A stretch of 64,000 nt of DNA, from the IMG/VR virus record IMGVR_UViG_3300017719_000007, positions 4,678-68,677 of that record; one strand, 5' to 3'. The translations under genes were made by a program, and so were the position numbers. The notes under the pieces were generated by a model that was not told where the DNA came from, made no database searches, and saw nothing but the letters and a program-made list of their open reading frames with translations. Below, one piece after another: positions 1 through 9,047 of the stretch. This stretch comes from a virus. Numbering within the stretch: the stretch's first letter is position 1; each line of letters starts with the position of its first letter.

Positions 1-1898
1 CCGGCTATAGCACCAGGTACACCCATGATAACATCTATCTTAACAGATGCTTCATAAACATCTTGTGGATTATATGGATTGACTAAAGTATTATAACCGC
101 TTATAGTTAATATTATATTTTCGCTACCAGATTTATATTCTCCATCGGTAATAATATCGTTTACTGTGTGTGATTCTAATATTGTTGCACCATCTCCATC
201 TAAAACATCAATTGTAATAGAACCATCTCCAGATCCTGCAGCCCCACCGAATCCTCTTACCTTTACAGGTGATGCAGTATTACCAGAACCTAATGAAATT
301 GTTCCTTGTGTATTTTGTCTATATACAGCTCTAAGAGTATTACTTCCTGACCATCCACCATCTTCATAGTTACCTCCAGCTGCACCCGTTAATGTAGCAT
401 TAGGTATTGCTATTCTTCTGTTTACCGGATTATTGTTTTCTGCTATAGTTGCGTTAGGTGGAGTTGGCGAACCTGTAGCAACATTCCTATTTAAATAATT
501 AGGATATATTGGAGCATCAGGTGCTGGGAAAAATACGTTGACTTGCGAAGAGTCTCCTGGATCTTCTTGTGCATATACTCTATTATCATCTAAGCGATCT
601 ACAAAATTGAATTTAGTATAAGTTCCAGTTAAAAATGTTGGGGATGAACCGTCAGTTGTATCAGAATTTGCAACTGTTATATTCCCACCGGCTCCACTAA
701 CACCCTGTGTACCTTGAGTACCTGTACCAAGTATACCTTGAACACCTTGAACACCTTGTAAACCTTGAATACCTTGTAAACCTTGAATACCTTGTAAACC
801 ATCGGTTCCTTGTAAACCTTGTACACCTTGTAAACCTTGTACACCTTGAGAACCATCGGTTCCTTGTAAACCATCAGTTCCTTGTAAACCTTGTAAACCT
901 TGAGTACCTTGTAAACCTTGAGTACCTTGTGAACCATCAGTTCCTTGTAAACCTAAAGTTCCTTGTAAACCTTGGACTCCTTGTGTTCCTTGAGTACCTT
1001 GGCTACCTGAACCAGAAATACCTTGAACTCCTTGTAAACCTTGGACTCCTTGTGTTCCTAATGTACCTTGGCTACCTGAACCAGAAATACCTTGAACTCC
1101 TTGAGTTCCTTGTAAACCTTGGATTCCTTGTGTTCCTAATGTACCTTGGCTACCTGAACCAGAAATACCTTGAACTCCTTGAGTTCCTTGTGCACCTTGA
1201 ATACCTATCGTTCCTTGAGATCCTGCACCACCAGTACCTTGAGTACCTTGGGTACCTTGTGCACCACCTCCACCTCCGCCACCGGTTGCACCGATGTATC
1301 TGAATCCAGTTATGTATAAATCAAAGCCATTTGGATATGCACCACCTGCATTATTTGATATATCAGTTTGTAAATCATCAGAGATAAAAAGTAAACCTTG
1401 GTCATAATTAAATACCCAACCTACATAACCAGGATTATTTGCCTGGCCTGCTGATAAAGGTATTTCAGTACCACCTGTCGCAGGATTACCTGACCATAAC
1501 TTAATTCCGTATCCATTTGATGGTGTTCCATCTGCTTGTGGTACTGAGGCCGGTAAAATCCAATTATTTTTAAACCCTGATGTAGTATCACCAGGGGTAT
1601 TATATAAAATCCAAGTAGAATTATTAAAAGCATATACCTGGTCAAGTTGTGAACCTCCTGGGCCAGATGCATTTTGAATATTTACAGGATCTGCTGCTGC
1701 GTTATTAACAGCATCGGCAGGTAAATTAGCTGGTGGTATTAAATTATAATCAGTAAGTATTCTACTAGGATCCTTTATATTAGGACTGAATGCTAATGAA
1801 GATTCGTACCATCTGTTTCCGGCTGAAGCATCTATAACCCCACCAGCCTGTACTTTAAAGGTTAATTTATTTACTTCATTAATTGAAAATCCTGCCAT
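1..1898 (-). CDS. Collagen-repeat fibre-like virion protein, partial (3' end runs off the window; absent from the ORF track)
   Basis: ATG at 1898 reads [32 protein letters not shown]; the same frame is open where spot-checked (about 600-630 and 3-60); G-X-Q repeats at about 700-1290; GAATAAATA motif upstream at 1922-1930. Confidence 0.85.
   Translation of the reverse strand, partial: MAGFSINEVNKLTFKVQAGGVIDASAGNRWYESSLAFSPNIKDPSRILTDYNLIPPANLPADAVNNAAADPVNIQNASGPGGSQLDQVYAFNNSTWILYNTPGDTTSGFKNNWILPASVPQADGTPSNGYGIKLWSGNPATGGTEIPLSAGQANNPGYVGWVFNYDQGLLFISDDLQTDISNNAGGAYPNGFDLYITGFRYIGATGGGGGGGAQGTQGTQGTGGAGSQGTIGIQGAQGTQGVQGISGSGSQGTLGTQGIQGLQGTQGVQGISGSGSQGTLGTQGVQGLQGVQGISGSGSQGTQGTQGVQGLQGTLGLQGTDGSQGTQGLQGTQGLQGLQGTDGLQGTDGSQGVQGLQGVQGLQGTDGLQGIQGLQGIQGLQGVQGVQGILGTGTQGTQGVSGAGGNITVANSDTTDGSSPTFLTGTYTKFNFVDRLDDNRVYAQEDPGDSSQVNVFFPAPDAPIYPNYLNRNVATGSPTPPNATIAENNNPVNRRIAIPNATLTGAAGGNYEDGGWSGSNTLRAVYRQNTQGTISLGSGNTASPVKVRGFGGAAGSGDGSITIDVLDGDGATILESHTVNDIITDGEYKSGSENIILTISGYNTLVNPYNPQDVYEASVKIDVIMGVPGAIA
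700..1290 (-). repeat. Collagen-like G-X-Q coding repeats (GTQ/GLQ/GVQ), including three copies of a longer [14 protein letters not shown] unit
   Basis: 9-bp periodic ccttgtaaa/ccttgagt units; gtaccttggctacctgaaccagaaataccttgaactccttg occurs three times between about 994 and 1181. Confidence 0.95.
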
Positions 1899-1940
1899 AT
1901 TACTTTATTGTTTTCTTTTTATATTTATTCACCATAAGTT

Positions 1941-4175
1941 TTATACATTACCACCGCTCTCGGTAGTTGGTGAACCTGAACTAAAAATTATTTTTGCAGA
2001 TATTCCACCTATTCTAATTAGTGGATTATGTATTTGTACTTCTATATAAAATCCATCTAAAGCAGGAGACGTTCCAAATGACCCAGATATTACACTGCTT
2101 GCAGATGTTGTTGTTCTACATTGCGATTGTGTGTTATCATCAATTCCCGCAGGTGGATCTTGGTAACTTCCACTAAATGGATTTGAATTATGTAATGAAT
2201 GAGGTATTGCAGTAATTCCTATATTTGAACCAGATGCAGCTGCTTTCTTTCTAACATATATTCTTAAATCATTACTTACCAAAGAATCATAAACAGTTCC
2301 ACCAACAAAGGATCCACTGAATGTTAATTCAAATGATGCAATAGGTCGCCCTTGGTTTGTTGGGCTAGCCTCAAATAATCTATGAAATGTTGCAGGTACT
2401 TGATAAGATGCTTGATTATAATTAGGATTAGGATTAGGTGATCCTGTACCACCATTAGGTTTATATGATACTAAGTTTCCTATTAAATCATTAGTATCTG
2501 GTGAATTACCATTATCAGCATAAAATTTATCCGGTCTAATTAGAGTACCCCCAACTACAGCTGCTTGGCAAAATGGTCCAGTTGTTAATACACTGGTTGT
2601 TTGATTAGTTAATCCTGAAGAAACTAATGGCTGTACTGAATTAAATCCTGTATATGAACCACCTACAGTTGTTAATCTTTCATTCTCATCATCAAATCTT
2701 TCAGTTAAATTATCACTTGTAATTCCATAAGTATCAATTAAGATAGGTTGAGATGAGGATGCTGTTTGTGGTGGTAAACCAGTCAACCAAGGGTCCCAGG
2801 CTCTGGCCGCCACAGAAGCATCGTTATTTCTAAATCTATAATTGGATGCTGTGATAGCCCAATTATCATAATCAAAATCTATATCTAAAGTATCATATTT
2901 ATTATCCCAACCAGGAAATGACATTCCAGGTGATGGATTCCATGCTTCTTCTTGGATAGGACTTAAACCATAATCAGCACCTAATACTTGAAAGTTCCAT
3001 TGGGCAGCATTCGATCTCCCTTGAGTATTACTGTTTAAGTAATCTATATCGGTAACATCAACTTCAAATTGAGAACCGCCTACATAATATTCAACCCCGC
3101 TTAAGTGTTTTGACAAAATACTAGAATTATTTTCTACTATTGAACTAATACCGTTAATTTGCGGACTGGATGGATATCCTCCTAAATCATTCTTATCCCA
3201 AAATACATCGTCTTGTATATAAGAATATGTATTTCCCCCATCTGTTAATGTATCAGTTGTCATAATAGTTTTTATAAAATAACGACCACCACTTAATCCT
3301 GCATCTTGAAATACTTTTGGTATATTTACACTAACCTGAATTATTCCTTTCCACTTAGAAGTGTCTTGTGCATAACTGGATACCTGGATAGAGCAATGAA
3401 GGTCAGGAGTTATTTGATTTAAAGGTCCGTCTAACACAGTAGAGGTATTATTACTAATTTCATTTCCGCCACCGTCTGTTACAATAATCTGTATTGTTGC
3501 ATCGCCACTACCTGTTGGGCTAAGACCAGTTACTTGTTGGGCAGTAATAAGTACATTTTGACCAGCCCCAGTACCGTTATATGCAGCTCTGTTTGTTCCA
3601 GCCCAACCACCAGTAAAGAAAGGTATACCTTCTGAATCAGGAGTACTAATCCTGACGGTATTTCTTGGGGTATTTTCTGTTACTCTACCATTAGTTGTAC
3701 CGTCTGTTGTATCATAGTGTGATGCAAATGTTGGTGTTGGAATATAAACATTTACTTGTCCTGGTGTTCCACTATCTTCAGCTAATACATCAACGCCTAC
3801 AAAATTAATTGTTGGGTAAGTACCTACAGCAGTCCCTTCATCCTTTATATGTACACCTGCAAAAGTTAGCTTATCATTACCATCAAATATTAAATTGGTC
3901 TGACCTGTATTTAAATCAATTGAGATTTTCTTATCTGAACCAACCGTGGTAATATCTATACCTGGGCCTTCTATAATTGGAGCACCACCGCCACCAGTAG
4001 ACGATATTGTAATTGTGTCACCGCTAGGGGTACTCACAGTAGTTAATTGAATATCTGCACCAGCTACAAGCGTTGGGTTATATGCCGAATCAATAAAATC
4101 AACAAAGTTAACCTCTGTCATTAAATCGCCTGCCTCAAATAAAGACTTAAGAGTGTATTTTGGGATTACTGCCAT
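1941..4175 (-). CDS. Putative fibre/appendage structural protein (744 aa)
   Basis: Beta-rich G/S/T/N composition; N-terminal TLKSLFEAGDxxTExNFxDFIDS motif resembling fibre anchors; GxGI shaft-like motifs; shares a domain with the ORF at 1-1898. Confidence 0.65.
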   Translation of the reverse strand: MAVIPKYTLKSLFEAGDLMTEVNFVDFIDSAYNPTLVAGADIQLTTVSTPSGDTITISSTGGGGAPIIEGPGIDITTVGSDKKISIDLNTGQTNLIFDGNDKLTFAGVHIKDEGTAVGTYPTINFVGVDVLAEDSGTPGQVNVYIPTPTFASHYDTTDGTTNGRVTENTPRNTVRISTPDSEGIPFFTGGWAGTNRAAYNGTGAGQNVLITAQQVTGLSPTGSGDATIQIIVTDGGGNEISNNTSTVLDGPLNQITPDLHCSIQVSSYAQDTSKWKGIIQVSVNIPKVFQDAGLSGGRYFIKTIMTTDTLTDGGNTYSYIQDDVFWDKNDLGGYPSSPQINGISSIVENNSSILSKHLSGVEYYVGGSQFEVDVTDIDYLNSNTQGRSNAAQWNFQVLGADYGLSPIQEEAWNPSPGMSFPGWDNKYDTLDIDFDYDNWAITASNYRFRNNDASVAARAWDPWLTGLPPQTASSSQPILIDTYGITSDNLTERFDDENERLTTVGGSYTGFNSVQPLVSSGLTNQTTSVLTTGPFCQAAVVGGTLIRPDKFYADNGNSPDTNDLIGNLVSYKPNGGTGSPNPNPNYNQASYQVPATFHRLFEASPTNQGRPIASFELTFSGSFVGGTVYDSLVSNDLRIYVRKKAAASGSNIGITAIPHSLHNSNPFSGSYQDPPAGIDDNTQSQCRTTTSASSVISGSFGTSPALDGFYIEVQIHNPLIRIGGISAKIIFSSGSPTTESGGNV

Positions 4176-4185
4176 TATACCTTAT

Positions 4186-4413
4186 TTATTTTGATTTTAA
4201 AAGTTCCATGTACTTATCAAATGATAAAAGTAACATTTTCTTTTTCTTTTTCTTTTTTCCTTCAGGATCATCACCACTACCAACCTTTTGTGTAGCAAAA
4301 GAATTTGCAGAACCAGGATCACCAGGAAGCTCAACTGCTCCCATACCCTGTACATTCATATTAGGATTTAGTCCAACAGTACCTGCTTCATTTTCATTAA
4401 TTAAATTATTCAC
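4186..4413 (-). CDS. Small hypothetical protein with INE motif, poly-Lys and C-terminal SFDKYM motif; putative head protein
   Basis: 75-aa ORF, GTG start overlapping the upstream stop; KKKKKKK followed by LLSFDKYMELLK. Confidence 0.6.
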   Translation of the reverse strand: MNNLINENEAGTVGLNPNMNVQGMGAVELPGDPGSANSFATQKVGSGDDPEGKKKKKKKMLLLSFDKYMELLKSK

Positions 4414-5783
4414 TATTTAATATTTTGTTTCATCCAACGAGTAATCCAACCTTTAAGTTCTTTTGCTGCTGGTTTAATATCAGAAGGTTCTGTTGCTGGT
4501 CCATTTTTCCATCTGTCCCAGTCCATTTGGATTGTACCTAATGCATTTGCAATCTCTGGCATTAATTCAATATACTCTTCATTGATTTCACCTTCTAATA
4601 ATTCTGGAAACATATCCTCAATATCGCTAGCATCTATTGCATAATAGTCACTTTGTAAATAATCAAGAATATCTTTGTTTTTACCTGTCATATCATACCC
4701 AGTTCCTTTATTAGCTCCGTTAGATTTAACTTTTAGATTAAATGATTTAATTGCATCCATTATATCTGAATCGTCTCCAGATAAATCAACATCTATAGTG
4801 CTTACTTTATTAGGGTTTTTTGCTTTAGCTTTTTTACCTTCATTCAAAGATTCGCCAATGCTAAAACTTGTTAGTGATTTTAAATTTTTCATATTGTTAT
4901 TTTCTTTTATTGGTTCTAATATATTTTGTAATGGTTTATAAAAACTATGTATACTTTTAGGAGTCATTTTCTTAAAAGTCTTTTCATCATCTATCTTTAA
5001 CGCATTACGAACTTTGGATGCTGAAATGTTATCATCAGTTCTAAAAATTTCATATCCTTTAAAATCAGGATCTACACCTAATTGATCTCGGTATGATTGT
5101 TTGTCAATCATTGCACCGTATGATTTTTTTCTATCTGTCCCATATCCCCACATCACAGGTTCATAAGCAGGCCTTGCAGCTGCAAACATTGTATCAATTG
5201 AACCATTAGGAACTACAATAGCAGTTTCTAAAAATGGATATTGTTTTGCCATCTTAGCAAACATTGCTTGTTGCATTTCTTCATCAAACGGTCTTTTCTC
5301 AGGATCGTTGTTTTTTCCTCTAACTAAAAATACAACTACAGGTTTTCCATTTTCTTTGTACATTTTTTCAAATACTTTAACATGACCTAATGTAAAGGGT
5401 TGGAATCTCCCAACAAACATATTAACCTTTTTCTTGCCTTGTTCTTTATAAGGAACTTTTAAAGCTTCATTAATTGGAGCAGTTGCAGTTCTTACTCTAT
5501 GACCATAAGGTGATAATGAATATCTCTTAATGCCCGTTTCATCTTCACTAATATTAAACAATCCTAAATTTCTTTTAAGCCATCTCTTATGAGCCTTTAT
5601 TTCAGATAAGATATTGTTAACCTCATCTTCGGTTAAATGACCATCAGCAACAGCATCTAAAATAGCAGAACGAACTCTTGCTGCAGTAGATACATTTTTA
5701 GCTGGATGCTTTTCAGTATATCTCCTCTTAACAGTAACTCTCTTTTCTGTTATAAAATCTTGTATGTTTTTTAGATTATCCAT
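4413..5783 (-). CDS. HIGH-family (cytidyltransferase/NMNAT-like) nucleotidyltransferase with N- and C-terminal extensions
   Basis: FVGRFQPFTLGH signature, GTDR, and ISASKVRNAL motif; start better placed at ATG 5783 (MDNLKNIQDFITE) than GTG 5789. Confidence 0.85.
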   Translation of the reverse strand: MDNLKNIQDFITEKRVTVKRRYTEKHPAKNVSTAARVRSAILDAVADGHLTEDEVNNILSEIKAHKRWLKRNLGLFNISEDETGIKRYSLSPYGHRVRTATAPINEALKVPYKEQGKKKVNMFVGRFQPFTLGHVKVFEKMYKENGKPVVVFLVRGKNNDPEKRPFDEEMQQAMFAKMAKQYPFLETAIVVPNGSIDTMFAAARPAYEPVMWGYGTDRKKSYGAMIDKQSYRDQLGVDPDFKGYEIFRTDDNISASKVRNALKIDDEKTFKKMTPKSIHSFYKPLQNILEPIKENNNMKNLKSLTSFSIGESLNEGKKAKAKNPNKVSTIDVDLSGDDSDIMDAIKSFNLKVKSNGANKGTGYDMTGKNKDILDYLQSDYYAIDASDIEDMFPELLEGEINEEYIELMPEIANALGTIQMDWDRWKNGPATEPSDIKPAAKELKGWITRWMKQNIK

Positions 5784-5798
5784 GTACACTTTTTTTAT

Positions 5799-8700
5799 TT
5801 ATTCAGATTCTTCAACCTTTGTATTTTTAAACCTTGTTGGTACTGGGTTTGATGGTCTTCCAGTTTTTGTAAATCCTATGTTAAATTCAAACTTAAGTTT
5901 AGCAATAGAATTAATACCATCGGTGGTATCTACTGTTGCTTTACCTGTCTTTTTATCAACACCCCAAACCTCATTTGTAAATAACTGAGATTTTACCGTT
6001 TCATTATAAGTATTAGCATAAACATTTCCTAGATTGTAATATGCTTCATATTTAGCCTTAAGATCATCTTCATCTATATCTGGATCTTTTTTCTTAACAT
6101 AAGCAATTGCGCTAGCAACAGACTTATCTCTTCGCTTAATATAATCAGGATCATTTAAATCAAAGTCATACTTTTTAGCAAGATCCTTAATTTCATTAGC
6201 GGTCTTTTCAGTATCTTCAGCTGTACCATCAAAAATGCCTGAATACATTTTAGTTTTATCTGACATTTTTGCTAGGTCATCTTTAGTTTCCTTTGGTGGA
6301 ATTTTTTGACCTTGTGAATTTGTAAATTCTTTATATTCGCTTAACTGTGTTTTTTCACCAGACGCAGATGCACCACCAGCACCTTTCTTAATTGACCTAG
6401 CTTCAACACCAGCCATAATTAATTGTATCTTTTTCTGAATTTCTTCTGGTGAATCTTTTTCATAATCAATTTTTTCTGGAGAAATTGATATAATATCTCC
6501 TAATGGGTAATTAGAGGCAGCTGGCATATAAACATTATTTCCTTTATTTAATTCTCTCATATAAGAAACCATCTCTACTACATCAGCAGCACCAGTTTTC
6601 ATATAAGGATCTAACATCATAGCACCAGTAGTAGCCATTAACTTTTCATCATATTCTTTTGGGTCTTTAATATCTTTGAGTGATTTGAAATCATTCATTA
6701 TTTTTTCTTGTGCCTTAGTAGGTTTCTTATCTCCAAACTGTTTCTTAAATCCGTCAGCTATAATATCAGCAGTGCCGTCTTTTAATTTAGTTCTATTTTC
6801 TGGTGTTGTTGGTGGAGTATCTGGAAATGCTGATAAAGTTTCCATTTCACCTTGATCTTTAAATGCTGATTGCGCCTGTTCAACAATTGCATTATATTTT
6901 TCTAAGGCAGCTTTTGCCTTTTCGGCCTCTTTCTTACTTCCGTATATTTTTTCTAATTTTTCAGTACTAGGTATTTCTTGCTTATCATAATTAACATCAT
7001 CAAATGAAACTCCCCTTTCAGATACACCTACTTTAGTTTTAGATTTCTTATCACCGAATAGCTTAGCACCAGTCATTTGCTTTTTACCAATACGATTAGC
7101 AGATTCTTTATCAATATTATCTAAGCCATAATCTTTTGCCACATTAACTATTGAAGCAGGAGAGCTTTTATCACCTAACACTTTTCTATATAAACCAGTT
7201 TTTGCTGTATCTACATAAAACTTTGAACCGCTTTGATTTTTCTTTATTATATCATCTTCTACCAATTCACCAAATAATTCTTTTCTTTTTTCATCCGATG
7301 CATTAGGGTCATTTATAGTTTCCATTGCCTTCAAAACCTTTTCGGCATTTTCTTTTTGGTCAGGATCTTTAATATCATTTATTTGTTTCTGAATAACATC
7401 ATTTATTCTAGAAAGACCTTTTAATTTTTTCTCTTCTTCCTTAGGTTCTTTACCTCCAATTACTTCTTTTGCCTTTTTATAAACAGCAGTGTCTTTATCA
7501 TAACCGATTGCAGAAGAAACTTTTACCTTTCTTCCCGTTTCAGGGTTTTTGATTTTTTGATCCATTACATCAGCCTCTATGACAACCTTACCTAACTGAA
7601 TAAAATTATTGTAGTCTAATACTTTATCCTCAATTAATAGTTCTTCGGCATTAGGCAAAAGAGATTCATTAGTGGATTTAATTTTTAAGTAATCATCAAA
7701 AGTTTTAAATTTACCATCATCTTTTGTTTGGATTACATCAATCACTTTATCTACCATTTTATTAAAATCTTCAATAACTGATGGTGTCATAATGTTACCA
7801 CTATTCTTTCTTTTCTTTTTTAAAGAACCTAACATTATTTTAAATAAGTCTTTTAGTTTAGGATTGCTGTTAAGTATATCTTTAGTTCTTTGGCTCGGTA
7901 TTAATTCTACATTTAAATCAAATTCATCACCTTTTGCAAACTCTGCCTTTTCAATATCAATCTTTGTAATATCCTTACCTCTCTTAGTAACATAGTCATT
8001 AAAAATATTAGATACCAACTCTATGTATCTCATATCTTCAGTATCACCTAGAATCTCATGCTTCTTAATTCCCCTTTCTTCTATAAATGCTAAAAGATCT
8101 AATAAAATAATTTCATTAATATCAGCTGGCATTTTTCTTAAATCAATAGGCTCCTTTTCTTTCATAAGATTAATTGTATAAGGATCTATTAACTTAGCTG
8201 CAATTACTTGTTTAGTACCTGACTTATAAAACTTAAAGATAATTGATTCAATCGGTTTCTTTAAATCATTTTGTAAAGTAGTAGACTGAATAGAAGGATT
8301 TAAAATCTTTAGTAAATATTCAGCAAATGAGTTTGTATTAAATATAGCAGATTGATCTTCTTTAGGAGTATCTAAAAATTTAGTTATCTTTTTCTTTTGG
8401 TCTTCGGTTAGATAACCTTTAAATATTGGAAGAAGTGCAGTTACACCTAATGCATTAGCCCAGTCATTTAATACTCTAGGATCCTCGATAACCTTTAAGA
8501 CTTTACCGGATGGTGATGTAACTGAAATATGACTAAGTACTAAATTATTTTTAGGTAACCTATCATAAGTAATAATACCAGGGCTATTGTGTGGAAAGTA
8601 CTGAAAGCAAAACATCCAGTTGTCTGGGATTGATGATAAATTTTTGGTGACTATTGATTTTATATAATGTATAGGCTTTTCATAGTAAATCATCATGGTT

Positions 8701-8879
8701 CTATCAATGAGATTAATAGGCCTATGGTTTTTACCTTTATAAAAATTGATTCCTTCACCACTCTTCTTAAAAGAAAAAGAAGAACCTGATAACTTTTCAG
8801 TTACCACTAAATAGTCTTTAAAAAGATCTTCAATTAATTGTTTGCCAGTATCTTTATAAATTTGAGTTAACTCTTTCAT
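5799..8879 (-). CDS. Multidomain 1026-aa protein: degenerate RNA-ligase-fold N-terminal domain, KNPETG motif, large Lys/Asp-rich C-terminal domain
   Basis: VVTEKLSGSS (motif I-like), FCFQY (III-like), IESIIFK (IV-like), AKLIDP (V-like); QKIKNPETGRKVKV at about 7520-7560. Confidence 0.7.
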   Translation of the reverse strand: MKELTQIYKDTGKQLIEDLFKDYLVVTEKLSGSSFSFKKSGEGINFYKGKNHRPINLIDRTMMIYYEKPIHYIKSIVTKNLSSIPDNWMFCFQYFPHNSPGIITYDRLPKNNLVLSHISVTSPSGKVLKVIEDPRVLNDWANALGVTALLPIFKGYLTEDQKKKITKFLDTPKEDQSAIFNTNSFAEYLLKILNPSIQSTTLQNDLKKPIESIIFKFYKSGTKQVIAAKLIDPYTINLMKEKEPIDLRKMPADINEIILLDLLAFIEERGIKKHEILGDTEDMRYIELVSNIFNDYVTKRGKDITKIDIEKAEFAKGDEFDLNVELIPSQRTKDILNSNPKLKDLFKIMLGSLKKKRKNSGNIMTPSVIEDFNKMVDKVIDVIQTKDDGKFKTFDDYLKIKSTNESLLPNAEELLIEDKVLDYNNFIQLGKVVIEADVMDQKIKNPETGRKVKVSSAIGYDKDTAVYKKAKEVIGGKEPKEEEKKLKGLSRINDVIQKQINDIKDPDQKENAEKVLKAMETINDPNASDEKRKELFGELVEDDIIKKNQSGSKFYVDTAKTGLYRKVLGDKSSPASIVNVAKDYGLDNIDKESANRIGKKQMTGAKLFGDKKSKTKVGVSERGVSFDDVNYDKQEIPSTEKLEKIYGSKKEAEKAKAALEKYNAIVEQAQSAFKDQGEMETLSAFPDTPPTTPENRTKLKDGTADIIADGFKKQFGDKKPTKAQEKIMNDFKSLKDIKDPKEYDEKLMATTGAMMLDPYMKTGAADVVEMVSYMRELNKGNNVYMPAASNYPLGDIISISPEKIDYEKDSPEEIQKKIQLIMAGVEARSIKKGAGGASASGEKTQLSEYKEFTNSQGQKIPPKETKDDLAKMSDKTKMYSGIFDGTAEDTEKTANEIKDLAKKYDFDLNDPDYIKRRDKSVASAIAYVKKKDPDIDEDDLKAKYEAYYNLGNVYANTYNETVKSQLFTNEVWGVDKKTGKATVDTTDGINSIAKLKFEFNIGFTKTGRPSNPVPTRFKNTKVEESE

Positions 8880-8939
8880 TTGCTTATTTTATATTGTCAA
8901 TTTATATATTCTTTAAATAAATAGCTATATAGAAAAAGG

Positions 8940-9008
8940 ATGGTACTATACCTATCCTTTATCATACTCTACTACTTTCAGAGTATATACAAATACTACA
9001 AATATTAA
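8940..9008 (+). CDS. Candidate 22-aa hydrophobic Tyr-rich micropeptide MVLYLSFIILYYFQSIYKYYKY (or part of a structured small RNA)
   Basis: ATG 8940 to TAA 9008, 16 nt downstream of a plus-strand AAATAAATA motif (8915-8923), in an intergenic gap that is unusually long for this part of the window. Confidence 0.3.
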   Translation: MVLYLSFIILYYFQSIYKYYKY

Positions 9009-9047
9009 CTCTTAATACAGGTGATCTATATAGGTGTATCTACTATT

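Noticed and set aside
961-1185. Regularly spaced 41-bp repeats resembling a CRISPR array
   Set aside because: Intervening sequences are themselves repeats, units are in-frame collagen codons, and no cas genes are present.
677-1303. ORF-track entries 677-937 (-) and 707-1303 (+) with YKVYK/LVNLE repeats
   Set aside because: Alternative-frame shadows of the collagen repeats in the real ORF 1-1898.
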